From: Chitinophagaceae bacterium
GTDB taxonomy: Bacteria; Bacteroidota; Bacteroidia; Chitinophagales; Chitinophagaceae
Direction: 5' to 3'
Assembly (NCBI GenBank): GCA_965230665.1
Contig: CBDDLM010000003.1
Span: forward strand, 4,424-68,423
Length of the DNA: 64,000 bases
Positions 1-13,513 of the stretch are shown piece by piece. The notes beneath the pieces are model-generated. The model did not search any database and was not told the origin of the DNA. It was given only the letters and a program-made list of their open reading frames with translations. How positions within the stretch are numbered: position 1 is the stretch's first letter; every line of letters begins with the position of its first letter. A program made the translations under genes and the position numbers.

Positions 1-2798
<2,798 letters not shown>

Positions 2799-2894
2799 CT
2801 TTTTTTTTAATAAAAGGAATAAGCGAAAGCGAAGTGATGATTATTGAATTTTTGTGAATTCTCTCCTAAAACTTGTTATTGATAAAGAAATAGT

Positions 2895-2941
2895 CTACTC
2901 AAAGTGAGTAGATAAAAGAATTAGGTGGTAATAGCGAGAGG
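2895..2941 (+). repeat. Copy 1 of a duplicated 5S leader hairpin plus the first ~22 nt of 5S
   Basis: CTACTCAAAGTGAGTAGATAAAAGAATTAGGTGGTAATAGCGAGAGG nearly matches 3071-3118 (CTACTTGAAAGAAAGTAGATAAAAGATTTAGGTGGTAATAGCGAGAGG). After it the sequence diverges from 5S. Confidence 0.85.
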
Positions 2942-3070
2942 TGACTGAGGAAAAGAGGAATGACTCAATGTCATTCATCCCGAAGGAACACCGACGTGAG
3001 GTCGGTGGTGGGCCGGCAAGTGGTTCACCGAGCGAAAGACTACTTAAAACAAAAACCGAAAAGAAACAAT

Positions 3071-3118
3071 CTACTTGAAAGAAAGTAGATAAAAGATTTA
3101 GGTGGTAATAGCGAGAGG
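3071..3118 (+). repeat. Copy 2 of the leader hairpin plus 5S 5' end; this copy continues into the intact 5S gene
   Basis: Near-identical to 2895-2941, seen directly in the sequence. Confidence 0.85.
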
Positions 3119-3203
3119 GAACCACCTCTTACCATTCCGAACAGAGAAGTTAAGCCTCTCAGCGCCGATGGTACTACGCAAGTGGGAGAGTAGGTCGCCG
3201 CCT
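3097..3203 (+). rRNA. rrf: 5S ribosomal RNA
   Basis: Conserved 5S core CCATTCCGAACAGAGAAGTTAAGCC and GCGCCGATGGTACT. The terminal helix AGGTGGT pairs with GCCGCCT. A T-run and terminator follow. Confidence 0.93.
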
Positions 3204-3236
3204 TTTTTTATTCTTTAATTAGGGTAAAAATCAAAA

Positions 3237-3266
3237 AGCTCATGAGTTTATCATGGGCTTTTTTTG
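3237..3266 (+). terminator. Intrinsic terminator of the rrn operon
   Basis: Hairpin AGCTCATGA / TCATGGGCT followed by T7. Confidence 0.75.
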
Positions 3267-3580
3267 TTGGGTGAATTAGAATGATTGAGGAGGTTTGTGG
3301 CGAGCTACTCTTGCTGTCCCACCCACGATTGATATCGGGGTGCCTTCACTTGCGATTGACATTTAGTCAATCTGCATCCGAGTGTAACTCGGACCGTTCA
3401 GTTAGGCTTTTTTTGTTTCTAGATCATATTCAATATGCCATAGATTGCTGAACTATCTTAATATTGTGTATAGGGTTTGACATTTTATCAATAAGCAGGG
3501 TTTACCCTTTGTTTTTAGTCTGATATTTTTTACATTTTTGAAATTCCTTTTGAACGATCCACCCTTATTTCTCAACCTTA

Positions 3581-5422
3581 ATGTTACACATGCGTACATT
3601 TCTAAGTATTTGTGCTATATCATTTTTTTGTATCCAACTTATTAGTCAAGCACCTGATGAATTAAGGCAGGAAGATCCTGTTCATAATTGCGGGACACCT
3701 GATATTACTTATGATATCTGGATAAAGGGACTTGGTATTGACCGTTCACTAATATTGAAAAATAATGGTATGACCCAATTACCATTAAGGGCTCATATTG
3801 TAAATCAAAGCAATGGTACAGGAGGACTACCTCTTTCTGATCTTAATGAAGCTCTTGCCAATCTTAACAATGTATATCATGAAGCCAATATAGAATGGTA
3901 TCTGGCTTCTGTAAATTATATAAACAATAGTACCTACTATAATTTTAACCAGTCTCAAGAGAATGCACTCTGTAACCCAAATGTTATCGATGATGCTGTA
4001 AACGTATTTTTTGTTAACAGCATTAATGGTGGTGGAATTTGTGGTTATGCATACTATCCATTCAATTCAGATGTAAGTCTTCGCATACTTATGCGAAACA
4101 GCTGTACATCAACTTATACCAATGGAACTTTTGTGCATGAGTTTGGTCATCATCTTAGCTTACCTCACACACATAACGGTACTTCAAATGGGAACACACA
4201 CCCAGATGCGGAGCACGTACCAAGAAGTGGTTCACAATCCAATTGCACAACAGATGGCGACTTTATTTGTGATACCGAAGCAGACCCTACTGGACCCACA
4301 AGTAGTTGTAACTACGTGGGAGGTGGTTCAGATATCTACGGCAATCCGTATACGCCTAATGAAGACAATATCATGTCATACTACTCAGATGCATGCGGAG
4401 GTAATTTCACACCTGGTCAATATACACAGATTGGGAATGGACTGACTTCCAGACTGGCACATTCAGCCTATAATATTGATGGTGCTCCACCTATGACGGT
4501 TACGAATCCTAGCAATCTGGTAATCACCAATAATTCCACTTCGATGGTTTTGAACTGGTCGGATAACGCTTCCAATGAAGAAGGTTACCTTATCGAAAGA
4601 TCAGAAGATGGTGGCACCACTTTTAAGACTTTACCATTTGGTGGTGTAGCACCAAATGTGACAACATTTACAGATAATGACATACAAGGATCAACGGTAT
4701 ATCAATACAGAGTAAAAGCAAGTAATGATGATCCGGATCACTATTCCAATATAGCGACGATTACTTCTGACAACATTATTTGCGAGGATGCGCCATTGTT
4801 GTTTAATGGAGGAGGAGATTTAATCTTAACCCCGCTAAATATTACCGGTGTTCCTACTTCAATGCCAATTTGTCAATCGGACTTGGATGTTGAAGTTACG
4901 GTGGTTGGAGATTTCGGAGCTTCTTTTGAGATTTGTCAGATTTTAGGAGAGAACTATTCCGTGCTCGGACAGACAACCACTTCTTCCAGCGATTGCAGTT
5001 CAGGTGGTGCGACTACTACAGTTACCATTAATACATCAACTTATAATTCCTGGGCTGGTGATGGTACATTAACAATCTACCTGGGGGCTAACAATAATGT
5101 AGATGATATATGTCCTACATCTATCATAAATGCTTGTGCATTTTTTGAGACCTGTTCTGGACCGCCACCTAATTGTCCAAATGATTATGAAGGAGCCAAT
5201 ATGTTGACAGGTACTCAGAACTCAAGTGAAGATTTTGAAACCGACGGCATTATCGAATCAGATCAGGTGATATCTGGATCTGCTGCAGTAGTCTACGATT
5301 CTGGAGACTCAATAGAGTTATTACCAGGCTTCAGCACCTTGCTTGGCACCACACTCGAAGTGATCATCGATGGATGTGGCAATCTTTTTAAAGAAACGGA
5401 TTCAGAGGAATCCGGAAAATAA
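3581..5422 (+). CDS. Secreted zinc metalloprotease (metzincin, M43/pappalysin-like) with an Fn3-like domain
   Basis: 613-aa ORF. N-terminal signal peptide (MRTFLSICAISFFCIQLISQA). Zinc site HEFGHHLSLPH. Fn3-like stretch LVITNNSTSMVLNWSDNASNEEGYLIERSEDGG. Confidence 0.8.
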   Translation: MLHMRTFLSICAISFFCIQLISQAPDELRQEDPVHNCGTPDITYDIWIKGLGIDRSLILKNNGMTQLPLRAHIVNQSNGTGGLPLSDLNEALANLNNVYHEANIEWYLASVNYINNSTYYNFNQSQENALCNPNVIDDAVNVFFVNSINGGGICGYAYYPFNSDVSLRILMRNSCTSTYTNGTFVHEFGHHLSLPHTHNGTSNGNTHPDAEHVPRSGSQSNCTTDGDFICDTEADPTGPTSSCNYVGGGSDIYGNPYTPNEDNIMSYYSDACGGNFTPGQYTQIGNGLTSRLAHSAYNIDGAPPMTVTNPSNLVITNNSTSMVLNWSDNASNEEGYLIERSEDGGTTFKTLPFGGVAPNVTTFTDNDIQGSTVYQYRVKASNDDPDHYSNIATITSDNIICEDAPLLFNGGGDLILTPLNITGVPTSMPICQSDLDVEVTVVGDFGASFEICQILGENYSVLGQTTTSSSDCSSGGATTTVTINTSTYNSWAGDGTLTIYLGANNNVDDICPTSIINACAFFETCSGPPPNCPNDYEGANMLTGTQNSSEDFETDGIIESDQVISGSAAVVYDSGDSIELLPGFSTLLGTTLEVIIDGCGNLFKETDSEESGK

Positions 5423-5430
5423 AAAATCGC

Positions 5431-6819
5431 TTAACCCAGCATTTTTTCTGGACGCACCCATGCATCAAACTCTTCCTCAGTGAGGTAACCCAACTTGAGT
5501 GCAGCAGCTTTTAGGCTTGTGCCTTCTTTATATGCTTTTTTAGCAATATCTGCTGCTTTGTCGTATCCTATTTTAGTATTCAAGGCTGTTACCAACATCA
5601 AAGAATTGTTGAGGCTTGATTCTATTCGATCTGAATTGGGTTCGAGACCTGCCACACAATTATCACAGAAACTTATAGCTGCATCTCCAATGAGTTGTGC
5701 TGACATCAAGAAGTTATAGATCATAACTGGTTTGAAAACATTTAATTCAAAATGTCCGTTCATCCCTCCAATATTAATAGCTACGTCATTACCCATAACT
5801 TGTGCCATTGCCATCGTTAATGCTTCAGATTGTGTTGGATTAACTTTTCCTGGCATTATAGAAGAACCTGGTTCGTTAGCTGGAATGACTATTTCTCCGA
5901 TGCCACATCTAGGTCCAGATGCCAGCATTCGAATATCATTACCAATTTTCATAAGAGAAACGGCAACAGTTTTAAGAGCACCATGAGACTCAACGATCGC
6001 ATCGTGTGCTGCCAATCCCTCAAATTTATTTTTCCCTGTGATAAACGGAAGACCAGTTAACTCTGCTATTTTCTTAGCTACAAGTTTACTATATCCTTTA
6101 GGAGTATTCAGACCTGTTCCAACAGCTGTTCCACCAAGTGCCAAATGGGAAAGGTGTTTTAAACTGTTCTTTATAGCCTTGATGCCGAAGTCGAGCTGAG
6201 CTACATACCCTGACAATTCCTGTCCAAGTGTAACAGGTGTTGCATCCATGAAGTGTGTTCTTCCAATCTTTACAACATTCTTGTAGGCTACAGCCTTCTC
6301 ATTCAGCTTGTCTCGTAGTTTTTCAAGACCAGGAATTGTAGTGTCAGCCAACATGGTATAAGCTGCAATATGCATGGCCGTAGGGAAAGTATCATTTGAA
6401 GACTGAGATTTGTTGACATCATCATTAGGATGCAGATATTTCTTGGTATCCGTAAGTTTACCTCCTTTCAATACGTGAGCTCTATTGGCAATCACTTCAT
6501 TGACATTCATATTGGTTTGAGTGCCAGATCCGGTTTGCCAGACAACAAGAGGAAACTGATCATCAAGAAGTCCTTTTGAGATCTCATCACATACTTTAGA
6601 GATCATTGTGGCTTTTGCTTTGGGAAGAACTTTAAGTTCAGCGTTCGTTTTTGCTGCTGCCTTTTTGAGTATAGCATAGGCGCGGATAACTTCAATTGGC
6701 ATTCTATGACCTCCAATTTTAAAGTTTTGACTTGACCTTTGCGTCTGGGCTGCCCAGTACTTATCTGCTGGTACTTTAATCTTTCCAATTGAGTCTTTCT
6801 CTTCCCTAAATTTTTGCAT
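5431..6819 (-). CDS. fumC: Class II fumarate hydratase
   Basis: 462 aa. Fumarate lyase signature [13 protein letters not shown] and full-length class II fumarase organisation. Confidence 0.95.
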   Translation of the reverse strand: MQKFREEKDSIGKIKVPADKYWAAQTQRSSQNFKIGGHRMPIEVIRAYAILKKAAAKTNAELKVLPKAKATMISKVCDEISKGLLDDQFPLVVWQTGSGTQTNMNVNEVIANRAHVLKGGKLTDTKKYLHPNDDVNKSQSSNDTFPTAMHIAAYTMLADTTIPGLEKLRDKLNEKAVAYKNVVKIGRTHFMDATPVTLGQELSGYVAQLDFGIKAIKNSLKHLSHLALGGTAVGTGLNTPKGYSKLVAKKIAELTGLPFITGKNKFEGLAAHDAIVESHGALKTVAVSLMKIGNDIRMLASGPRCGIGEIVIPANEPGSSIMPGKVNPTQSEALTMAMAQVMGNDVAINIGGMNGHFELNVFKPVMIYNFLMSAQLIGDAAISFCDNCVAGLEPNSDRIESSLNNSLMLVTALNTKIGYDKAADIAKKAYKEGTSLKAAALKLGYLTEEEFDAWVRPEKMLG

Positions 6820-6883
6820 GTTTTTCTTTTTAAGAACTTTTATTAGTTTTCCGCAAAATTAAATTATTAATCAATACAAAATT

Positions 6884-7231
6884 GTGAATATGAAGGTCTT
6901 TAAAGCACTTCTTTTAGTAGTCTTGACTTCTGCCTTTTTTTCTTGCGGTAGTGATGATGATTGTGCACCAATTGATTGGGTTGGAACATATGATCTTGAT
7001 GAATCATCGGCTAGCTGTATAGATGAAAATGTAGAAATAGCAGAACAATTTGTTGTTACACTGGGTTCTACTATTAACACTGTTGTACTCGACGGAACAG
7101 AAGTTGAAGTAGACGGATGTAGTTTCAATTATACTGATCCATTTTTTGGTTTATCATTAAGTGGTGAACTAGATGGAGATGAGTTAAGTTTTTCTGGTTT
7201 GGGCTGCAGTGGTACTTATATAAGACAATAA
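6884..7231 (+). CDS. Small hypothetical lipoprotein
   Basis: 115 aa. Signal peptide with lipobox-like [12 protein letters not shown]. Preferred over the antisense ORF 6871-7128. Confidence 0.55.
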   Translation: MNMKVFKALLLVVLTSAFFSCGSDDDCAPIDWVGTYDLDESSASCIDENVEIAEQFVVTLGSTINTVVLDGTEVEVDGCSFNYTDPFFGLSLSGELDGDELSFSGLGCSGTYIRQ

Positions 7232-7260
7232 TTTTTACAAACGAAAAAAAACAAATTACA

Positions 7261-7869
7261 ATGGCTTTTACATTACCCGATTTACCATATGCTCACGATG
7301 CATTGGAACCACACATCGATACAACTACAATGCAAATTCACCATGGCAAGCACCATGCTGGATACACAAATAAATTGAATGCAGCTATCGAAGGGACAGA
7401 TCTAGAAGGTCAGTCTATTGAAGACATTCTGGGAGGACTTGATATGTCTAATAGCGCTGTTCGAAATAATGGCGGGGGTTTCTACAACCACAGCCTTTTC
7501 TGGTCAGTAATGAGCCCAGATGGTGGGGGAGAACCTACCGGTGCTGTGGCTGATGCAATCAATGAAGCTTATGGATCTTACGATTCATTCAAAGAGAAGT
7601 TTGCTGCTGCTGCAGGAACGAGATTTGGAAGTGGATGGGCTTGGTTATGTGTACATGAAGGTGGAAAAGTTGAGGTTTGTTCTTCTCCAAATCAAGATAA
7701 TCCTCTAATGCCAGGTGTCGGATGTGGTGGAACACCAATACTAGGTATTGATGTTTGGGAACATGCTTACTACTTGAAGTATCAGAATAAGAGACCAGAT
7801 TATGTTCAGGCATTTTTCAATGTCATAAACTGGGATGAAGTTAACCGCAGATACGACGCTGCAAAATAA
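7261..7869 (+). CDS. sodA: Superoxide dismutase, Mn-type (Fe/Mn family)
   Basis: 202 aa. [18 protein letters not shown] and [18 protein letters not shown] motifs resemble SodA rather than SodB. Confidence 0.92.
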   Translation: MAFTLPDLPYAHDALEPHIDTTTMQIHHGKHHAGYTNKLNAAIEGTDLEGQSIEDILGGLDMSNSAVRNNGGGFYNHSLFWSVMSPDGGGEPTGAVADAINEAYGSYDSFKEKFAAAAGTRFGSGWAWLCVHEGGKVEVCSSPNQDNPLMPGVGCGGTPILGIDVWEHAYYLKYQNKRPDYVQAFFNVINWDEVNRRYDAAK

Positions 7870-7876
7870 AATAGAA

Positions 7877-7905
7877 AAGCCCGGCATAAGCCGGGCTTTT
7901 TTTAT
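7877..7905. terminator. Bidirectional intrinsic terminator between sodA and asnS
   Basis: Perfect hairpin AGCCCGGC-ATAA-GCCGGGCT, flanked by an A-run and a T-run. Confidence 0.85.
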
Positions 7906-7907
7906 GT

Positions 7908-9344
7908 TTAGAATTCAGCATTTCCAGGGAACCTAGGAAAAGGAATAACATCTCTAATGTTGGACATTCCTGTAATAAACTGAACCAGTCTTTCAAAGCC
8001 TAGTCCGAAACCAGCATGTTCGCAAGTACCAAACCTCCTTGTATCGAGGAACCACTCCATTTCTTCAGCTGGAATATCAAATGCTTTCATGCGTTCTAGC
8101 AAAACATCCATTCTTTCCTCTCTCTGTGATCCACCGACGATCTCTCCAATTCCAGGGAATAGAATATCCATAGCTCTTACAGTCTTGTCATCATCATTCA
8201 TTCTCATATAGAATGCTTTAATCTCCTTCGGATAGTCAGTTAGAATCACTGGCTTTTTGAAGTGCTTTTCTACAAGATATCTTTCATGCTCAGATTGAAG
8301 ATCCGCGCCCCAATCTTCAATGACAAATTGAAATTTCTTCTTTTTGTTAGGCTTTGAATTCATCAATATTCTGATGGCTTCAGTATATGTCAACCTTTCG
8401 AATTCATTTTCTACACAAAACTGAAGTTTCTCAATAAGTGGCATTGGAGACCTTTCGTTCTGAGGCTTCTGGCTTTCTTCCTTTGTTAGCCTGTCTTCAA
8501 GAAACTTAAGGTCTTCTTCATTATTGTCCAGACAATATGATATGACATATTTCAATAAGTCTTCAGCCAAGTCCATATCATCATCTAGATCTGCGAAAGC
8601 CATCTCTGGTTCAATCATCCAGAATTCTGCTAGGTGTCTTGAAGTGTTGGAATTCTCAGCTCTAAATGTAGGGCCGAAAGTATATACATCTGATAGGGCA
8701 AGAGCACCTAACTCAGCCTCCAACTGACCTGACACAGTCAAATTTGTAGCTTTATTAAAGAAGTCCTGCTTAAAGTCGACAGCACCGTTTTCATCCTTTG
8801 GCACATTATCAAGATCCAGAGTCGTTACCTGAAACATTTCACCAGCACCTTCGGCATCTGAACCGGTAATAATTGGTGTGTGCAGATAAAAGAACCCGCG
8901 TTCATTAAAGAACTTATGGATGGCAAAAGCAATACTATGTCTTACTCTGAAAATGGCACCGAATGTATTTGTTCTGAATCGTAAGTGCGCGATCTCTCTC
9001 AAAAACTCAAGACTATGACGCTTAGGTTGAAGTGGATATTTAGATGGATCTGCTTCACCTAGAATTATAATCTCTTCGGCCTGTATTTCTACTGTTTGTC
9101 CAGATCCTTGTGAAGCCACCACATTTCCTAGCACAGAGATAGCTGCTCCTGTATTTATTTTGCGTAATTCTTCTTCTGGCAAAAGATCTCTATCCACAAC
9201 TACTTGCAAGGTATTAAGGGTAGAACCATCATTGACAGCAATGAATTGATTGTTTCTAAATGTTCTCACCCATGCTTTGATGTGAGCTTGATATCCGGTT
9301 TTACCAGATGTAAGTACTTCTTTTATTTTAATTCGATCCGACAT
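7908..9344 (-). CDS. asnS: Asparagine--tRNA ligase
   Basis: 478 aa, class IIb aa[23 protein letters not shown] and C-terminal GFGLGFERL motifs. Confidence 0.93.
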   Translation of the reverse strand: MSDRIKIKEVLTSGKTGYQAHIKAWVRTFRNNQFIAVNDGSTLNTLQVVVDRDLLPEEELRKINTGAAISVLGNVVASQGSGQTVEIQAEEIIILGEADPSKYPLQPKRHSLEFLREIAHLRFRTNTFGAIFRVRHSIAFAIHKFFNERGFFYLHTPIITGSDAEGAGEMFQVTTLDLDNVPKDENGAVDFKQDFFNKATNLTVSGQLEAELGALALSDVYTFGPTFRAENSNTSRHLAEFWMIEPEMAFADLDDDMDLAEDLLKYVISYCLDNNEEDLKFLEDRLTKEESQKPQNERSPMPLIEKLQFCVENEFERLTYTEAIRILMNSKPNKKKKFQFVIEDWGADLQSEHERYLVEKHFKKPVILTDYPKEIKAFYMRMNDDDKTVRAMDILFPGIGEIVGGSQREERMDVLLERMKAFDIPAEEMEWFLDTRRFGTCEHAGFGLGFERLVQFITGMSNIRDVIPFPRFPGNAEF

Positions 9345-9411
9345 AAATAAATATTGAAATGCAAAAGTAAATTAAATGCCAATGATAAGTAACAAAACAC
9401 CTATGCTTTAA

Positions 9412-11109
9412 TTAGGATTCAAGCCGTGTTATAAGATTGAGGGTGTCGTCATAAAAATTGTCCAGATCAGAATCTAATCCAGGAGCATAAAGTGCAGTCT
9501 CTGCGCGTTTGAGTAGTTCTTTTAAGAGGCTTACGTCTGCTTCAACAATGTTCTTTGAAAGCATTTTCTTTTCGATATCCTCTATGCTAATGTGAAATGC
9601 CGGTATTTGATGTTTATCACTTAAGTATTGCTTCAATGATCTTGTTAATTCCTCATAGAATTGTTTCTTATCAGCAGCAGCACGGAAGGCCTCCAATTGT
9701 TGAAGCCTGGTTATTGCTCTTTCCATAGCTTTCTTTCTGCGAAGTTCTACTGGATCATTTTTACCTGATTTTTTAGCATAATGGCTGTAAGCAATTATAG
9801 AAACTATCGACAGTAGAAATATTACAATCCCTAGTATGTGCCAGAACTGCCAATGTCTCTTTCCAATTTTATTTGAAAGACTGGTCTTCTCAAAAACAGT
9901 GAGATCATATCGATTATCATCACTTGACCTCATGCTTGCACCACGCTGTCCCTGAATGACATTTACTGGCGGTAAGTCTTTACTCAAAGTAATATATCGA
10001 CTGCTGTCAGGATTATAGAAACTGAATTCGGGTTTGATTTTATACTGTCCCGGATACTTAGGAATTATCAGGTATTCGAAGCTCTTCTTATGCATCAGTT
10101 TCTCAGGCCTTAGAAAAACTTCATCTTCAAGGATATTCGGATCATAAATATCAAAAGAATCCGAAGCAATCCAAGTAGGAGGCATTACTGTCTTGCTGTC
10201 TCCATCCCCCGAAATATTCATCTTCACTATAATGGCTTCATCTGTAGATACAGTTCGCTTTGCAAGTCCAGCATCCATGAAATATTCTCCGATGGCTCCC
10301 GAAAAAGATTCAGGTACAGGTCTTGGAATCTCGTCTACCAGGATATTTATTTTTCGGGTGATGATACGTTTGGGCTCAAGCTGGGCGCTGAAGAAAAAAG
10401 ACCTTGAATTATCTCCAGTAGAAACACCGAGGTTTACGGCTACAGGATCTATTTGATAGGCTCCTTTTTGTTGTGGAAATAAACTGAATCGCTTTACAAT
10501 CTTCGTCGCATATTCAACACCGTTAATTATCTCCCTTTTGGTTCTTTCACCGGATGTACCTAATTCTTTAGCATAAAATCCATCAAACTGTGGGTGGCTT
10601 GCGAAGTTAACCGATCTTACATCAAGCCTGGTGTATAATTTATAACTCAATGTAATTTGTTGACCGACATGTGCCAGGCTATCAGAACAAATTGTTTCAA
10701 TGAAGGCTTCGGCTTCTTGCGGTAGAGAATTTTTGTTGCCTTCGATAACACGTATCCTTACCGGGTTTGAGTTTAGAGTCCCATTCTCAGTATTTATACT
10801 AGCGCTATTGATCACGTATGTCCCTGTATTCTTGGGCTGCAAGGAGTAAGATATACTCATTTCCCTGTTGACATTCCCATTAATGATGCGCATCGAACTG
10901 CTTCTATTGGGACCAGAGAGCACTACGAAATCCTTAAACGAGGGAGGTGTAAATTGATTGCCTTCAACATTTTTTAATGTAAAACGCACTTCAACATAAG
11001 AACCAAGAATGATCTCTGTGGCATCGGTACTGGCAAAAAACTCTGCTTGCTGCGACTTGATTGTCACAGGCAAAATTAGAATCAACAAGAAACAAGCTAT
11101 TCGAAACAT
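9412..11109 (-). CDS. BatD-like (oxygen tolerance) protein with a C-terminal TM segment
   Basis: 565 aa. Signal peptide, BatD-type repeated beta domains, a TM helix (WQFWHILGIVIFLLSIVSIIAY). It sits downstream of the VWA and TPR Bat genes. Confidence 0.7.
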   Translation of the reverse strand: MFRIACFLLILILPVTIKSQQAEFFASTDATEIILGSYVEVRFTLKNVEGNQFTPPSFKDFVVLSGPNRSSSMRIINGNVNREMSISYSLQPKNTGTYVINSASINTENGTLNSNPVRIRVIEGNKNSLPQEAEAFIETICSDSLAHVGQQITLSYKLYTRLDVRSVNFASHPQFDGFYAKELGTSGERTKREIINGVEYATKIVKRFSLFPQQKGAYQIDPVAVNLGVSTGDNSRSFFFSAQLEPKRIITRKINILVDEIPRPVPESFSGAIGEYFMDAGLAKRTVSTDEAIIVKMNISGDGDSKTVMPPTWIASDSFDIYDPNILEDEVFLRPEKLMHKKSFEYLIIPKYPGQYKIKPEFSFYNPDSSRYITLSKDLPPVNVIQGQRGASMRSSDDNRYDLTVFEKTSLSNKIGKRHWQFWHILGIVIFLLSIVSIIAYSHYAKKSGKNDPVELRRKKAMERAITRLQQLEAFRAAADKKQFYEELTRSLKQYLSDKHQIPAFHISIEDIEKKMLSKNIVEADVSLLKELLKRAETALYAPGLDSDLDNFYDDTLNLITRLES

Positions 11110-11627
11110 TAAATCTTTTTGAGCTTATTCTTTGATTTGGTTTTAGCTGGCTTTTTAGCTTTTTGATCAAAGGGAATTGTTTCTGGCCATGTAAAAGATT
11201 CAAAGATGAAGGTGTTATTCATGACAGGTTCTTCTACAATACCTTCAGGATTTGGATATACATTGATTTCCAACACTTCTGTCTCGAGTGTGATGTCTTC
11301 TGTGACCAGATATGCAGGAGGTATAAAATACTGGCCAATAGACTTGGGACGAAGTATCAAGCTAATGGATTTCTGGCTGGTTTTTTCACCATTGAAGATT
11401 TGAACAGAAGAAGCGTAATTAGGACCACTTACTATCTGCATGTCTTCAAATTCTGGTAGTTCCAGATTCGCTTCACTGTTTTCAACTGTAAATTTCAATG
11501 TAATGACATTACCTAGTAATATAGAGTCACCGCTGACTTCTACCGAAAGTGATTGGGCCTGAGTAAGAAAACCCAGGAATAAAAGACAAATTGTAATTGT
11601 ATTTTTCATAAACTGGATTTTTTTCAA
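11109..11627 (-). CDS. Short BatD-like secreted protein
   Basis: 172 aa. Signal peptide. The N-terminal domain resembles that of the adjacent BatD-like protein. Its stop overlaps the next gene's start. Confidence 0.55.
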   Translation of the reverse strand: MKKIQFMKNTITICLLFLGFLTQAQSLSVEVSGDSILLGNVITLKFTVENSEANLELPEFEDMQIVSGPNYASSVQIFNGEKTSQKSISLILRPKSIGQYFIPPAYLVTEDITLETEVLEINVYPNPEGIVEEPVMNNTFIFESFTWPETIPFDQKAKKPAKTKSKNKLKKI

Positions 11628-11689
11628 ATCTACATCAATGATGAATAAATATAAAGTACCTCAGTTTTAAGAACAGGTTAAAATCAGAT

Positions 11690-12463
11690 CTACCAGTCTT
11701 TATCTGGTTTGACTCTGTTAGAATTAAACTTTCTCATTTTTTCCCTCACCTTTTGTTCTTCTCCTTGGATTATTTGTAGAAGTTTAAGAGCATCGGTGCT
11801 ATCAAGCTTTTGCTTTTCCAATCTGGTGCTATCAAACTGACTGGTCTGTTGTTTTTGCTCCTGTTCTTCCTGATCTTTTTGCTCTTCAGACTCTTGTTGT
11901 TGCTGTTGATCTTCTTGATTTTCGCTATTCTGATTTTGCTGCTCTTGTTGATCGTTTTGCTCCTGCTCTTGCTCTTGATCTTCCTGATTTTGTTCTTGAT
12001 TCTGATTGTCTTGATTTTGCTGTTGCTGCTGTTCTTGTTGTTGCTGTCTGAGAATTTGTTTAGACAGCGCAAGATTGTATTGAGCATTGGCATTATCGGG
12101 GTCAGCCTTTAATGCTTCTTTATAAGCATTTATGGCTTCCTGAAGATTCTGATTATTGAAATGGGCATTTCCAGCATTGTAGTGAATCTTAGATTTCAGG
12201 ACAGGATCATCCGTTTTATTCAGAGCGGATAAATAATGTTCAACTGCCTCCTCATATCGTTCCTGTTGGAATACGGTATTGCCAAGATTGAAGTTGGATT
12301 TGAGATCACTCTCTTTTTCCTTGGCCTTCCTGTAATTCAATTCTGCATTTTCATATTGCGAAGCGGCATACTCACCGTCTGCCTGCATACGCAGTTTATG
12401 CGCATTTTGAGCAAGCAGGTTTGAGGACCAAGTAAATAATAATATGCAGAATACCAATCGCAT
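11690..12463 (-). CDS. TPR protein (BatC-like) with a long Gln/Glu-rich low-complexity tract
   Basis: 257 aa. TPR-like repeats (YNAGNAHFNNQNLQEAINAYKEALKADPDN), then a Q/E/N/D-only stretch of about 70 aa. Confidence 0.7.
   Translation of the reverse strand: MRLVFCILLFTWSSNLLAQNAHKLRMQADGEYAASQYENAELNYRKAKEKESDLKSNFNLGNTVFQQERYEEAVEHYLSALNKTDDPVLKSKIHYNAGNAHFNNQNLQEAINAYKEALKADPDNANAQYNLALSKQILRQQQQEQQQQQNQDNQNQEQNQEDQEQEQEQNDQQEQQNQNSENQEDQQQQQESEEQKDQEEQEQKQQTSQFDSTRLEKQKLDSTDALKLLQIIQGEEQKVREKMRKFNSNRVKPDKDW
11850..12052 (-). repeat. Low-complexity CAA/GAA-rich coding repeat (Q/E tract of the TPR protein)
   Basis: Sequence dominated by TTG/TTC/CTG triplets on the plus strand. It creates long spurious ORFs in other frames (11770-12093 and 11810-12112). 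Confidence 0.8.
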
Positions 12464-13491
12464 TAGATATCTAGTATTTTTTTAAGAGCTTTTCCAGAAT
12501 TTGACGTATCACCAAGAATGTATTCCAATAAGAGTAGTATCAATGCCAGTATCAAAAACAGTTGGAAATAGCTATTATAGTCCGTAAAAGATCTTTGTTC
12601 CAATTCTCTTTTTTCCAATTTCTCCAGACGTGTATCAAGTTCAGGTAATGCCGATAATGATTGATCTATCATATAGAATTGCCCTGAACCTGCATCAGCA
12701 ATGTCTATCAAATTGTCACTGTTTAATGCAGAACGTATGGCATTTCCGTTTTGGTCTGTTTTAAATACTTTTCTTCCATTAACTGTTACAGGAATCAACG
12801 CACCTGATTCTGTACCAATACCCAGAGTGAATACAGTAATTCCTTTGTCTCTTGCATCTCGTGCAGCTTCAATAGCTTCTGATTCGTGATTTTCTCCGTC
12901 AGAAATTATGACCAGCGCTTTTTGCCCTTTACTTTCTTCACCAAAAACTTTCTCTGATAATTTAATGGCATCAGCAATTACGGTTCCCTGAGTACCTGCT
13001 TGTTTGGGATTAGCACTTTGTACAAATGTTTGTGCAGAGGCATAATCATTGGTTAGAGGCATTTGAAGGTAAGCACTACCTGCAAAGAATATGAGCCCTA
13101 TGCGGTCACCTCTTAGTTTTTTAATTAATTCGGAAACGAAAAATTTGGAACGCTCCATCCTATTTGGGGAAATATCTTCAGCTAGCATAGATTGAGATAT
13201 ATCCAGTGCAATGACAATATCAGAGCTTTTGACTTTGATTTTTTCTTTGCGCATACCCCATTGCGGATTGGCCCATGAAGTCAGAAGCATGGCTATGGCA
13301 AGAAGGAAAAAGATATTCTTGAGCCAATACCTTCTTGGTGACCATGATTTGATCAACCTTTGGATGATATGAATATCACCATTGGAACCAATTCTGGATG
13401 TTCTGTTTTTGAACAGCCAAAACAGGTATACTAAACAAATGGGTAAAACCGTGAGAAACCAGAATATGTGAACGTCTTCGAATCTAAACAT
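12463..13491 (-). CDS. VWA-domain membrane protein (BatA/BatB-like)
   Basis: 342 aa. N-terminal TM helices, MIDAS motif DISQSM, C-terminal TM helix. Confidence 0.8.
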   Translation of the reverse strand: MFRFEDVHIFWFLTVLPICLVYLFWLFKNRTSRIGSNGDIHIIQRLIKSWSPRRYWLKNIFFLLAIAMLLTSWANPQWGMRKEKIKVKSSDIVIALDISQSMLAEDISPNRMERSKFFVSELIKKLRGDRIGLIFFAGSAYLQMPLTNDYASAQTFVQSANPKQAGTQGTVIADAIKLSEKVFGEESKGQKALVIISDGENHESEAIEAARDARDKGITVFTLGIGTESGALIPVTVNGRKVFKTDQNGNAIRSALNSDNLIDIADAGSGQFYMIDQSLSALPELDTRLEKLEKRELEQRSFTDYNSYFQLFLILALILLLLEYILGDTSNSGKALKKILDI

Positions 13492-13513
13492 ATAATGGTG
13501 TCGTTGAAATTAA

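Noticed and set aside
2895-3125. 76-aa minus-strand ORF in the 23S-5S spacer.
   Set aside because: It spans the duplicated 5S leader and the 5S 5' end. Its internal repeat (SRYYHL.LLST) only mirrors the DNA duplication.
4122-8727. Nested or antisense ORFs: 4122-4445, 5495-5719, 5732-5986, 5830-6060, 6603-6788, 6871-7128, 7520-7708, 7589-7813 and 8524-8727.
   Set aside because: Each lies within a longer ORF that carries clear family motifs (protease, fumC, lipoprotein, sodA, asnS). None has a recognisable motif of its own.
11770-12112. 107-aa and 100-aa ORFs rich in K/I/N or L/F.
   Set aside because: They are alternative-frame readings of the CAA/GAA low-complexity tract of the BatC-like gene.
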